From assembly GCA_048213135.1 (NCBI GenBank), contig PS015034.1, forward strand, positions 130,320 through 150,319: a stretch of 20,000 bases of DNA. The letters are read 5' to 3'. Positions 9,450-20,000 of the stretch are shown here, piece by piece (the first letter of the stretch is position 1; every line of letters starts with the position of its first letter). The notes below the pieces were generated by a model. It was not told the origin of the DNA. It worked only from the letters and a program-made list of their open reading frames with translations, and did not search any database. This DNA comes from Reclinomonas americana ATCC 50394 (Eukaryota). The position numbers were made by a program, and so were the translations under genes.

Positions 9450-12303
9450 TTACTTGCACATGCATTCGCTCGGCGTCGGTGTGACGACGGACGGCGGATT
9501 CTTCGGTCGTCGGCTGAGCAGCTTGGCCAGGTACCAGCGTCGGTCAAAGCTGTCGTACACCTGGCTGAAGTTGCCGAGGCTGACGAGCGGGGTATGGGTG
9601 GCGCGTGCGGTGCGCTCGGCGTCCCGCTTCACCACCGCGAGTGTGCGATCGACCACCGCCGCCACGGTCGGCAAATCGACCAGCGTAATGATTCCGTCGC
9701 CAAACTCTTCCGCGAGGTGCACAAACAGTGGCCACGTAGAAACTGTGCATGCATTCGGGGTGTCAACAGCAGGCNNNNNNNNNNNNNNNNNNNNGGTGCA
9801 TTCGACAGCATCACGCAATGCCAACCGTGTTGAAAGGCACACGTGAGGGCCTCGACAAAGAGTGGCCGCGTACTCCGCTCGCTCTCCAAACACTCCAGCA
9901 GGCACGTGAGCAGGGCAGTGAGGCAATTGGACTCAACGACTACGCGCTCCATGTCCGCATTCGACGACACTGTGCCGGTAGGGGTGCGACAGTGAGCGCA
10001 AGGTGTGCGTGTGTGTGCGGGAGTGCAAGCGTACGCAACTCGCTCGGCAAATGACATGAACATGTCGCAAACAATCAAAGGCAATGTGCATGTCGTCGGG
10101 CTCGCTGGCAATCGTCTGCAGCCGTCTCATCACATTCTGCACCAGGTGCGGGAACTTGGGCGCCAGTGCACTGCAAAACGAAAGTGGCTTGTCCACTGTC
10201 GAACACACACACACACATGTACTGCCAGTGAGACGACGATACGCACTCACTCGTGTCGTGAGATGGACGCAACGCAGGAGGCACATCAGATTGACACTCT
10301 GCGGGGCCAAGTCGTCGCACACTCGAATGCAGATGGTCTCGCTCAACAGCGGTGAACTCCACACCACCGAGTTGATGAGGTCCAGTGCAACGGCATTGAC
10401 CTGACCGTGCAGCTCGAGAACACTTCGAGTCACCGCACCTCGATATCCCGCTGCGCGTTTCATCTCCCCGTGGTGAGCGACACGCATGGTGCGCGGGAAA
10501 CAATTGAAGGGTTACGCACGAGGGACGAGAAGCATGCACAGAGCTGACTCCAGCAAACTGTGCTGGCAGGCCCAGCTGAGGAAGCGCTCCACCTGTCGAG
10601 CCTTGTACCGGGCGTTGCGTGTTGGCGACGATGGTCGATTGGACGGACAGTTGGTGCAGCAGAAGCTGTCGCACATGCCCGCAAGCTCCGGCGCCTGCAG
10701 CCACATTGACGAGAATTGTGGCCAGTCTGCAAGGGGAACGAGAGGAAGTGAGCGGTTTTCCATAGAATAATGCATCTGACGGGGACGACGCACGTGACGC
10801 GCTCAGCGTCTGCACATCATACAACCAATAAGAACGCGACATTAGGGTGAAAAAAGGTCACAAGAGCAGCACTCGGGTCACCTTGAGCACGTTGAACGCT
10901 TGCATCCGTGCAGATGAACTACTGGCCTCGATCACCGTGCTGATCATGGCGTCGATGAGCACCGCGGTGACTTCTGGTTTGCAAATGCGACTCTGCAGTA
11001 CGCCGTCGAGGCCGCTGTCGACTGTGCACAACCGCAAAAATGTGTGAGCAACGAGTGCGATGGCATGCGCAAAGCACTGCGTGTGCGCGCAACTTTCGGG
11101 CACCAAGTACACCAAGTCCACCATGTTTGTCAGCTCCGGCAACAATTCGTTTCCGTCGTCGACCTTCTGCAACACTCGCCACAGGATGAACTGGTGCATT
11201 TGTCGGCACTCGGCGTACACGGTACGTGCAACTAAAAAACATGGAGAGTTAGTTTTTCGTATGTGTGTGGCGCTCCCACAGGTGCACGCAACAAATTGGA
11301 CTGTCGACCGCCAGCGCAAACACGGCCGCCTCTCGCAGCTCCTCGTCGTCGGCAATCTTCGCAGCAACCAGTTCTACAGACGCTGCATCTTGCACGGTGC
11401 CCGCTGCGCCCGAGACGCGTGCGCATTCAGCAAGTAGCAGGTGCAAGCACGGCAGCGCAGATTCACTCACCAGTGACCATAACAAGGGCGCAGGCGTGTG
11501 CTCGAAGCGACTTTTCATTTCCGCGTGTCGCATAGCATTGCAGAATCGACAGCGGTATTGTGCGATCGGCCCAAAACATGTGGTGTACCGTGCAGCCAGC
11601 TGCATGTCGGGAGGTGAGCAACTGCAAATCAAACAGTCGCTCCGCCCGCCACCTCTGCACGCACCATCGTAGAGGGCCGACATGAGCGCCACGCGCAGTG
11701 ACGCAGGCCACACAGTGAGCTCGGGATCGTCGGTGGTGGGCGAGATCAGCACCTCGACAATGAATTCGACAAGGTCGGCAAGCGGATCCGGGTCGTCCTC
11801 GTCGGCGGCAAAGTGTTGTATGTAGTAGGCCAGCAACGTGAGGGCCAATGCACAGCGCACCACCGGCACTTCGCCCGGATCATACAACAATTCCTCCCAC
11901 TCGTCCACCGCGTCACTGCAGCATGGGAGTGAGTAGAGACGATGAATCACAAAAAAAAAAAACACACAAGTGAAAGAAGCCACTCAACGGTGACAATGAG
12001 CCGCTGAGATTCAGCGACTGGAGACGCGGCGGCAACCGGTCGGACTCCAGCGCCTCCAGGCTCGGGCAGTCCGTGACCGACAGCGTCTGCAGACCGGGCG
12101 GCAATCCGACCGGGAAGGTGGTGATCGGTTGCAGCGAGAGCACCAACGTGCTCAGCGCCGTCGGCAAGTTCTCAATTGTGCGCGCCAATGCCTCATCGCT
12201 GAGGTGGCACTGATGCAACTCGACGTAGCGCAGCGTCGGCGCCAGTCCACTGGGAATGCCGGCTCCCCCCAGCTCCACACGCCGTATTGTCAACCGCGTG
12301 AGA
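9450..12303 (-). CDS. Leucine-rich-repeat protein with a long predicted helical (ARM/HEAT-like) C-terminal region; 5' end lies at or beyond the gap
   Basis: LRR units LTRLTI, LAPTLRYVELHQC, LPTALSTLVLS, LPPGLQTLSVTDC, LPPRLQSLNLS (12303-11989). About 10 further phase-compatible GT-AG-joined exons of amphipathic helical sequence end ...SECMCK-TAA at 9450. Confidence 0.7.
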
Positions 12304-12355
12304 NNNNNNNNNNNNNNNNNNNNGGGAGAGAGAGAGAGAGGGACGAGCAACGTAC

Positions 12356-12424
12356 CGCGCCAGCAAAGAGCAGCTGAACGATGACGAGTGTGACGATGAC
12401 CAGCACCATGCGTGTTGAAGCCAT
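12356..12424 (-). CDS. First exon encoding a 23-aa hydrophobic segment (signal peptide or first TM helix); parent gene uncertain
   Basis: ATG at 12424 gives MASTRMVLVIVTLVIVQLLFAGA, followed by a GCG|GTACGT donor and an intron running into the 20-N gap. Confidence 0.5.
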
Positions 12425-13397
12425 GTTGCAAGACGGGTGTGTGAGTGCGAGCACACACACATACACACACTTGCAGAGTCTGCAGGAGTCGATGGGAGAG
12501 CGATCGCTCGGTGTCGAAAAGAGAGCTGGAAAGAAAGAGATTCGGGACGCTCGCCGGGAAGTTGGATCGTTTCTGCAGTCCACCACGCCCGCGGAGCCCA
12601 ACATAGACGTACAGTATGTCTGCTGTGCAGCAGTGCCGGCGTCGTAACTGCAAGCATGGATCGTGATCGTCCGCGGCCGGATTCTTCTTCGTGTACAGAC
12701 TTGCTCGCGTCCGCTGGCGTCGTGTCTTCGTTGTATGTGATAGTGTGGAGGGATCACAGCGGGAGGTTGCAGCAAGGGAGAGCGCTGCGCTCGCGCGCGA
12801 CGTCGAAGTCTTGATCAATGCATGCACAATCGCACTTTGACGTCGACATGCGTGCATCTGCTTCACGAAGTCAGCAGGCAGTCTAGGGCCCAACCTGCGC
12901 CTCCTTCCATGCGTGTGCACAACAACATGTGAACGACGAACAAGAAACTGCGCAACAGCATGCGCAAGTCATGACCATGGCCATTTCCGATCAGTTTTTC
13001 ACAGTTTCTTCTCGCTCACTCACACCACAACACGTCCCTCATCACAGCACACACGCGCGCACACACGCAAACGAAGAGAGTGTGGCGAAAAGAGCAAAAA
13101 AAGTCCTGTTTGTCTAACTCTTCTTGAATCCTTCTTTGTTCGTGTGTGCACACGCACGCGCGCTGTGTGTGCGTGCGAGAGCGAGAGAGAGAGAGAGTAC
13201 GTTCACGCGTGTGTGTGTGAGGTGCAAGAATACGNNNNNNNNNNNNNNNNNNNNNNNNNNNNNNNNNNNNNNNNNNNNNNNNNNNNNNNNNNNNNNNNNN
13301 NNNNNNNNNNNNNNNNNNNNNNNNNNNNNNNNNNNNNNNNNNNNNNNNNNNNNNNNNNNNNNNNNNNNNNNNNNNNNNNNNNNNNNNNNNNNNNNNN

Positions 13398-14389
13398 AGT
13401 CACCGTTGACATTTCGACTGCATCTCCTCCTCTCCTAGTCCTGCCGCTCCCATGTCCATTCACCGCTTCCTCGCCGTCACTATCACCATCACCGTCAATC
13501 TCTTGCAGCAGCACGGCTCCTCCGTCTTTCGACGACGTGTCGCTGGAGGGCGGCGACACCTGCGCGACCCTGGTGGCCACCGAAGTCACAAACAGTCCAC
13601 ACAAGATGAGCACGCCGCCAACAATCTGCAGCATGCCGATTGTGGTGCCCAGCACCAACACAGAGAATGCGGCCACGGCTAGTGGCTGCAGCGGCATGAA
13701 AGCAGCGACAGTGGTGGCCGGCACTTGCTTCGCGGCCCACATGTTGGCCCCAAACGTCACCACCGTGCCAAACACAATCACATACGCCAGCGACAGCAAC
13801 GCTGTGCGGTCAAAGCCTGTGGTCCAAAAGGCGGCACCGTCGGTGGCGGCCGGGTAGATCGAGGCCAGCAGCGTGAAGAAGAAGCAACCGACAAACAGCA
13901 ATCCCGTCACCAGCAAGGGCGAACCCGTCATTGGTAGTAGCTTGGCGCGCTGATAAGTGACAAGGGTGTGAGTGGGAGTGAGTGTGTGATAGGGAGAGCA
14001 CAGAGATCGACCGCAACTTGCAGAATGAACAGAACGGAGATGCACGAGCACTGGAGACAGAGAAGAATGTTGGAGAGCAGGGGGTGGCTCGCGTCGGCCG
14101 TCGCCGACGCACTGGAGGAGAACACTACGACAAGGACGGCGCCAGTGACCGAGAGCACCACACCCGCCAGTTTGGTCCACGACAGACGCTCCACACGAAC
14201 GACCAGCGAGAACAGATAGGTGAAGACGGGAATCGTCGGCTGCCACAGTGCCGCGTTGAACGCCGTGCCCACCGACACAGCGATGGTGAAGCCCACGTTG
14301 TTAGCAAAGAGAAGGAAGCCACCGACAGCGTACAGTGCGAGCCATCGCAGGCGAGAGACTCGGATCGTCGATGCGGTTGATGATGATGA
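13398..14389 (-). CDS. EamA/DMT (drug/metabolite transporter) family protein, WAT1/UMAMIT-like; both ends in gaps
   Basis: Multiple TM helices with typical motifs: GTAFNAALWQPTIPVFTYLFSLVVRVERLSWTKLAGVVLSVTGA, LAYVIVFGTVVTF, WAAKQVPATTVAAFMPLQPL, QIVGGVLILCGL. One intron at 14017-13950. Confidence 0.9.
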
Positions 14390-14809
14390 NNNNNNNNNNN
14401 NNNNNNNNNNNNNNNNNNNNNNNNNNNNNNNNNNNNNNNNNNNNNNNNNNNNNNNNNNNNNNNNNNNNNNNNNNNNNNNNNNNNNNNNNNNNNNNNNNNN
14501 NNNNNNNNNNNNNNNNNNNNNNNNNNNNNNNNNNNNNNNNNNNNNNNNNNNNNNNNNNNNNNNNNNNNNNNNNNNNNNNNNNNNNNNNNNNNNNNNNNNN
14601 NNNNNNNNNNNNNNNNNNNNNNNNNNNNNNNNNNNNNNNNNNNNNNNNNNNNNNNNNNNNNNNNNNNNNNNNNNNNNNNNNNNNNNNNNNNNNNNNNNNN
14701 NNNNNNNNNNNNNNNNNNNNNNNNNNNNNNNNNGGCAGCAAGGAGGGTGTGCCATGAGATGTATAAACGCGAAAATCTAATTGTTGTTTTATTATGGTGG
14801 AGGCTGTGA

Positions 14810-17800
14810 TTAGGCCCAAACCATCGTGTCGGTGACAAAGTGAATAACATTCGTAAAGTAGCTGAAGGCGAAGAATCGCTCAATGAGCGGGAACACGATG
14901 AGCAGCTTCAGCGGTTCGTTGATGAAAATGTCCTCGGCCAGGCTGTGCAGGAAGGAGACACGCACGCGGTTAGTGACAACAACACACACACAAACGATGT
15001 TCGCCACCACGAGTTGAGACGCAACGCGACAAAGGTCGATCCGAATACGACCTGATCGCTGGTGGTCTCTCGCAGCTGACCAATCGTCAGGATGGTCATG
15101 TATGACAAGAACGCACCAACGCCCCACGACAGGGCGTACATCCAGTACACGGTGGTATATGGCAGCGAATACTGCTCGAGCCAGCGCTTGAAGCGATTCC
15201 ACAGACCTATACAAGCGCACGTGCGGTGAGTTGGACCACGCACGAGACACACAAAGCAGTCGTTATGAAAACGACGTACCTCGCTCTCCGCGCGGGGCGT
15301 ATCCACTGTCGAGTGCCACCTTTGGGTCGGTGACAAATTTCTCGTTCATGTACACGTGACGCTTGGTGCGCAAGTACGTTGCGGGGGCGTCGTAGACCAC
15401 CAGCTGATGGCAGTCGCGGAAGCAGTTGTGCGAGAGCGACAGTGCGTACAACGGCTGTCGCACGCGGGAGAGATGAGTGGCACGCAGAACACGACGCAGT
15501 CATAAAGAGTGCACACCGGTGGAGCCTTGGCTGTGCGCGTGTCATCCTCGGCCTCGCGCGCCTCATCATCCTCGCCACCGGCCAAGTCCACCATGGTCTC
15601 CAGGCGGCTAAAGGTGTCGGACGGAGGCTTCTCGGTACACAGTTTCACACCAGACGAGGCGCCTTCGATGAACAGGCCAACCAACGACAGCACCATCACC
15701 GGTCGCTCTGTGGACGGCAGCGATGCACTCTTGTCGTCGGGTGTGTCGATCTGTGCCCTCCGACAACATGTGATCAGTGAAAAGAGTGTGCGCGCGGAGG
15801 CGATGTTCGGCGTGTCGTACCTCGCGGTGCGCCAGCGTCACGTGGACGCCAGGGGGGGTGGGAATCACCAGCTCCTCAACGTCTTTGGTGGTGGCCTGTC
15901 CGCCAAACATGCGAATGTTAGTGCGCTACGCATATCGAAACTCGTACACAGGCCACACCGCCTTTGCCATACTCACCAAGCCCTGCTCCACTTCGCGCTG
16001 CACGGCGCGCAAGTTGCGATCTCCACCACTCATGAATTTCAGCGGGCACACAATCTGCACCGATCACGTCGTCAGACAGCTATTTGCTCAGTCAACGATG
16101 CAATTGCTACGCAACAGCCTCGTGGCGCTTCTCGGAGCGCACTGTCAGCCGGCCAGTGTAGGTGCGAATGTTTGGAGGAATCTGCAGCGGCCGGTAAAAT
16201 CCTGGGCGCAGCACAATGGTCGACGGCAGCAACCCGTGCGGAGCAGATGCCATTAGTTCCTGCACACCGGTAGCGTGAAGATGTCAGAAACAGAATGAAG
16301 CAACGCATATGGCAGAGAAGAAGCATCGCACCGCAAATGTTGGCTCCTTGTTGCTGTCGTCCGCCTCCTGCTTGGCGACGTTGTGTTCGTTGTCGTCCTC
16401 GTCTGGCGCCAGATCCGGTCGTACATACGCCACGTGCGAGCTGTCCAACACACCGCCGACCACTGGCGCGACCTTGTTGGCGCGCTGCTTGCTCATGACG
16501 GCTGTGCAGCGTGGATTTGCAAATCAGTACGGGCGAGGACACTGACAATAATGAAGAGAGCGTGCGTACCGACGGCGCCCTCAGAAGCTCGACGGGTCGA
16601 CACGGCGACTGCGAGATGGGAAGCGGGGGTGTCAGAAGACGTCTGACAACGCAAAACCATGTTTGTGAGGAGAATCGCTGTGTACCAATGGCTGCCTGTT
16701 CATACGACTCGTCCAAGTCCTCGGCCTGACCGCCGTCAGAGAAGACGTCCACATCGACGCCAGCCTCGTCCTCGACTACGGCTCCGTCGTGCACCACGAA
16801 ACCAGGCAACGCCGCACCCGGCGCCTGTGCACAGCAACGATCGCCAAGGTGAGTGTCACAAATACTTGGAGGTGAAGAAAACTTGCAGCGCACCTCTGGT
16901 GAGCCGACCATGAAGATTTCCTACATGACACAGAGGTCAGTGTCACAAACACGAACTCAGAATGGCGTAGCACGCAAGCGAGCGAGCGTACCCTCGCTGT
17001 CAGTGCCACACTGCGGCGGCGGGCTCCACCCTCAACCACGATGCACGGCGGCGGCGGCATTTCGTCAGCAAGCAAGTCGCCACTTCCATCTGCACATTGC
17101 AGACACGTTGTAAGTATTCTCCTCCTCACCAGACAATGCGAGAGAAACCGACGAAACTCTGACCGGCACCACGCTGCGCAAATAGATGAAGCAGTGCAAT
17201 ATCAAGGTGTCAGCTGTGCGTGCAGTGGAGAAACACACATAGCACACACAGAGTCGAACCTCAAACGGTGGCGGCAGCGGATTGGGTGAGTGCATCGAAG
17301 CAGATCTGGCCACTGCGTGCACAAGAGACAATGGTTGAGAAACCAATGCCGTGCAGACAGCACTACTTGCTTCCAATGCATCGCAACTGATTGCACCGAG
17401 TCGCTGTCATGCAGACGGCAACATGGAATTCAATCGTAAGCAACAGGATGATCACAACTACAAGAGCAGTGATGACGACGCAACGTTAGCGGGAACTGCA
17501 AAAGGCTCGTCTGTGTCACGAAAAGAGAGAGCACTTCCGAGTTAGCATGACGACAAAGTGCAGGATAAAAGCGACACCGCGTACCACCAGAAGCGGGTGG
17601 CAGAGCAGCCACGTTTTCTACGGTGAAAAAGACAATAACGTGTGAGGAAGCCATGATCAAACAGGCAAGGCTGCTCGCTCTTGTTGCACTCACGGGAAGC
17701 GTTGATTCCGACCACTGCGCCTGTGGTCCAAGCACCCTGTCGCAGATAAATGTACGTCAGGACACGAGGATCCGACAATGGAAATCTTCACACTGAGCGC

Positions 17801-20000
17801 GGTGGAAAGACCTTGTTGGCGGACGCACTGGCTTGGAGTGGCTTGTACTCGGCTGCGTGTGGCACACTTGATGTTCAGTGCATCATGTGCGTCGCGATGC
17901 GCACTCACGACCGCCGTACTCACCGGGGGCAATCGACTCGGTCAGCTTCGCATACAGCATCTTGATGCGTTGTGCTTCACCGTGCTCCAGCCACGTGTCA
18001 CGCAGTGGAACGCGAGGCGTGAGACGGAATGGGATGCTGATGAGGAAGGCCGCAGGAATGATCATCAAGCCTGGCAAAAAGAGGGTTGGTGATGCGCATG
18101 CCACATGTGCAAGGCTTGCGGCAAATAAAAAACACTCAACCAACGACGAGGCCAATCCACAAGTCTTGCACAATCGACGTGGCCACGCTCACTTGCATCT
18201 GATTGACAAGCACGGCGTGCATGTACAGCACACCAATCGTGGCCAACCAAAGCACCTGCAAAGTGAAGAATGAGAAACCATTGACACAAAGTCTTCACCA
18301 TGTGACACGCAACAGTGAGTCGCTGTGTGCGACGGTAGCGTTCCCAAGGTCCGGCAGTCACCACCGACACCCACGTGTGCTGCGTGGCCAGTCGCTGCGC
18401 CATGCGAGTGCCCATTTTGAAGACACTCTGTCGTCGCCGATTCAACTCAATGACCTTGGAGACAACAGCTGCAAGCGATCGCAGTGAGTGAGAATGAGAA
18501 GGGCCTGTGCGATTCGAGAGGAATACACGTGTCGGGCAAACCTTTGAACTTGGCCAGCGCCTCGACGTGCCGTCGCAGCTTCTCCTCCAGCACACTGCCT
18601 TCTGTGGCCAGCTCACTCGCTGCCTCAGTGGCCTCATCCTCAGTCATGGTGGGGCACGAACTGATGGTGGAGGCCATGAGGCCGCGGTTCGGACGCAGCG
18701 CCGATTCGGTGAGTGCCTGTCCGGGTGAGCGCAAAAAGTTGCCTTGCCGTTCGGCAGGCACCGAGAGTGACGATGGAAGCTCCAGTCGCGGTTGCTGTGA
18801 GGAGCGGTGAGCTGATGCGGCCACCTTCTTTATGGCAGTCTGTGTGCTCTCACTTACCGAGAATGGCAGATTGGCAGCGAGAAGCTGTGATCCGGCGCGG
18901 TCAAACTGCACGCCCAAACGCACACATTATCACTAGGAAGACTACTGACAGCACGTGAAACTCGAAATGCACGCAACGGATGCCGACAGAATTCTGCCGA
19001 GTACCAACTTGGGTGGTGGCTGCACGTGTTTCTCCTTCAGTCAACAAGAGGACAGACAGACAGACAGACAGCAAGCAAGCTGGGTTGACGCACCTCGGCA
19101 ACCTCAGTCGACACCATGCTGCTCGACTCGGACGACAGACTGTCCGAATGGGCCGTGCCAAGCGAGTCGGTCGGGGTGGAGCATCCGGCCGAGAACGACT
19201 GCGATCGCTGCCGGCGCGGGCCGCGGCGAGGCGGAGTCATTCTCGACGCCGAATCGGCGTTTGACGACTGCTGCGTGAACGACTGACGTGGCGCGTAAGC
19301 ACACTAGGTGTGACAGAGTAGTGTGTGCAAGAACTGGTGATCTCACCGGTGATGCAAATGGTCTGTCGCCATCAAGTATGGTGGGAACCACCGTATTCGA
19401 TCGCGTGTGTGGCAGATCAGGCGACACTCGCGACAGCGCACGACTGAGTGACAATCGAGCGGCTCGGTCAGTCACCAGCGAAAGAAACGATGAAATAGGG
19501 GGACGCATCGCGATGCACTCACCCCAACGCTCGCGGAAGCGCAGCAGTGGGCAAGTCGGCAGAGACGTTGCGACGGTGACGAGATCGGTCGCGATCGGGA
19601 GACAAGGCGTGCCCGCGGTGCTTGGGTGCCATGCGCGAGGAGGCGCGCGGACGCACAGGAACCGATGCATATTGCGGCTGCTGCTGCTGCTGTTGCTGTT
19701 GCTGCGCTTGTGGGTCGACAACCGCTTGGTCTGGCCTGGAGGCTATCGCCAATGTAGAGCCCTTGGCCAGGAATTGCGAGGCATCCCTGCGCGTGCGGGG
19801 CGTGAGACACAACGCCGCCTCTCCTATGTAAGAGTGGGCGAACGAGCGACGAACCTGGCAAGGAAGCCCTCTGGCAGCAGCTGAACCGCCGGTGCATTGC
19901 ACGCCGTACGTCGTGCCAACACCTCCTTCACCAGGTCCGCAAAACGGAAAATACCGCGGAACATCGGCAATTCGACCTCAGTCTGCACGTACGTGTCAAA
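14810..20000 (-). CDS. Large polycystin-1 (PKD1/REJ family)-like membrane protein, 5' part outside window, ending without the 6-TM channel domain
   Basis: About 28 phase-compatible GT-AG introns link an open frame from 20000 to TAA at 14810. It contains HTWVSVV....ERYRRTQRLTVLW (cf. PKD1-family HxWxS....FTRVQRxxC), then DLWIGLVVGLMIIPAAFLISIPFR, a long hydrophilic loop, and a TM pair ending STFVALAEDIFINEPLKLL (cf. PKD1-family ...FI.QP.K). Poly-Q occurs near 19677-19705. Some internal junctions have alternatives. Confidence 0.65.

Noticed and set aside
14734-14755. ATG at 14755 (MAHPPCC) as the EamA start
   Set aside because: It lies only about 55 nt past the upstream gene's stop, probably in that gene's 3'UTR, and is linked to EamA only through an N gap.
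3736-14883. Long ORFs in the track containing X runs (e.g. 3736-5175, 8663-9547, 12913-13857, 14125-14883)
   Set aside because: They are artefacts of translation through N gaps.
1-20000. Alternative genetic code or stop-codon readthrough
   Set aside because: The conserved proteins (H2A, PPP, EamA) translate cleanly with the standard code, and in-frame stops fall inside plausible GT-AG introns.
1-20000. Non-GT-AG or U12-type introns
   Set aside because: Every junction I could resolve fits GT...AG with a CTRAC/CTCAC-like branch site. I saw no GTATCCTT/ATATCCTT donors.
1-20000. Introner-like (transposon-derived) introns explaining the shared GTTGCGT starts
   Set aside because: Similarity among these introns stops after about 7 nt. 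I saw no shared internal sequence, terminal inverted repeats or consistent target-site duplications.
1-20000. Naming the source organism
   Set aside because: The gene content suggests a protist, possibly flagellated, but nothing here is diagnostic without a database search.

Overview
Gene-dense, GC-rich, intron-rich eukaryotic (protist-like) draft genome with many N gaps and CA/GA microsatellites in introns. Reading splice junctions by hand gives 8 spliced genes and about 60 short GT-AG introns (mostly 58-110 nt), using the standard genetic code. In order: (1) 3' part of a PPKL/BSU1-like PPP phosphatase with a C-terminal EF-hand module; (2) a thioredoxin-fold protein with no active-site cysteines and an Ala/Glu/Pro tail; (3) an unknown protein with a ubiquitin/PB1-like N-terminus; (4) an intron-containing histone H2A; (5) an akirin-like gene divergent from H2A; (6) an LRR plus helical-domain protein; (7) an EamA/DMT transporter; (8) a long polycystin-1-like membrane protein that lacks the channel domain. 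The most striking signal is in splicing: about 15 inferred donors read GTTG(C/A)G, 11 of them exactly GTTGCGT. This is the ordinary local donor (GTGCGT/GTGAGT) with one extra T, and it occurs almost only where the exon does not end in G, suggesting an abundant 'shifted-register' 5' splice-site class. All gene models and family calls are manual inferences from motifs and frame continuity; no database search or transcript data was available.
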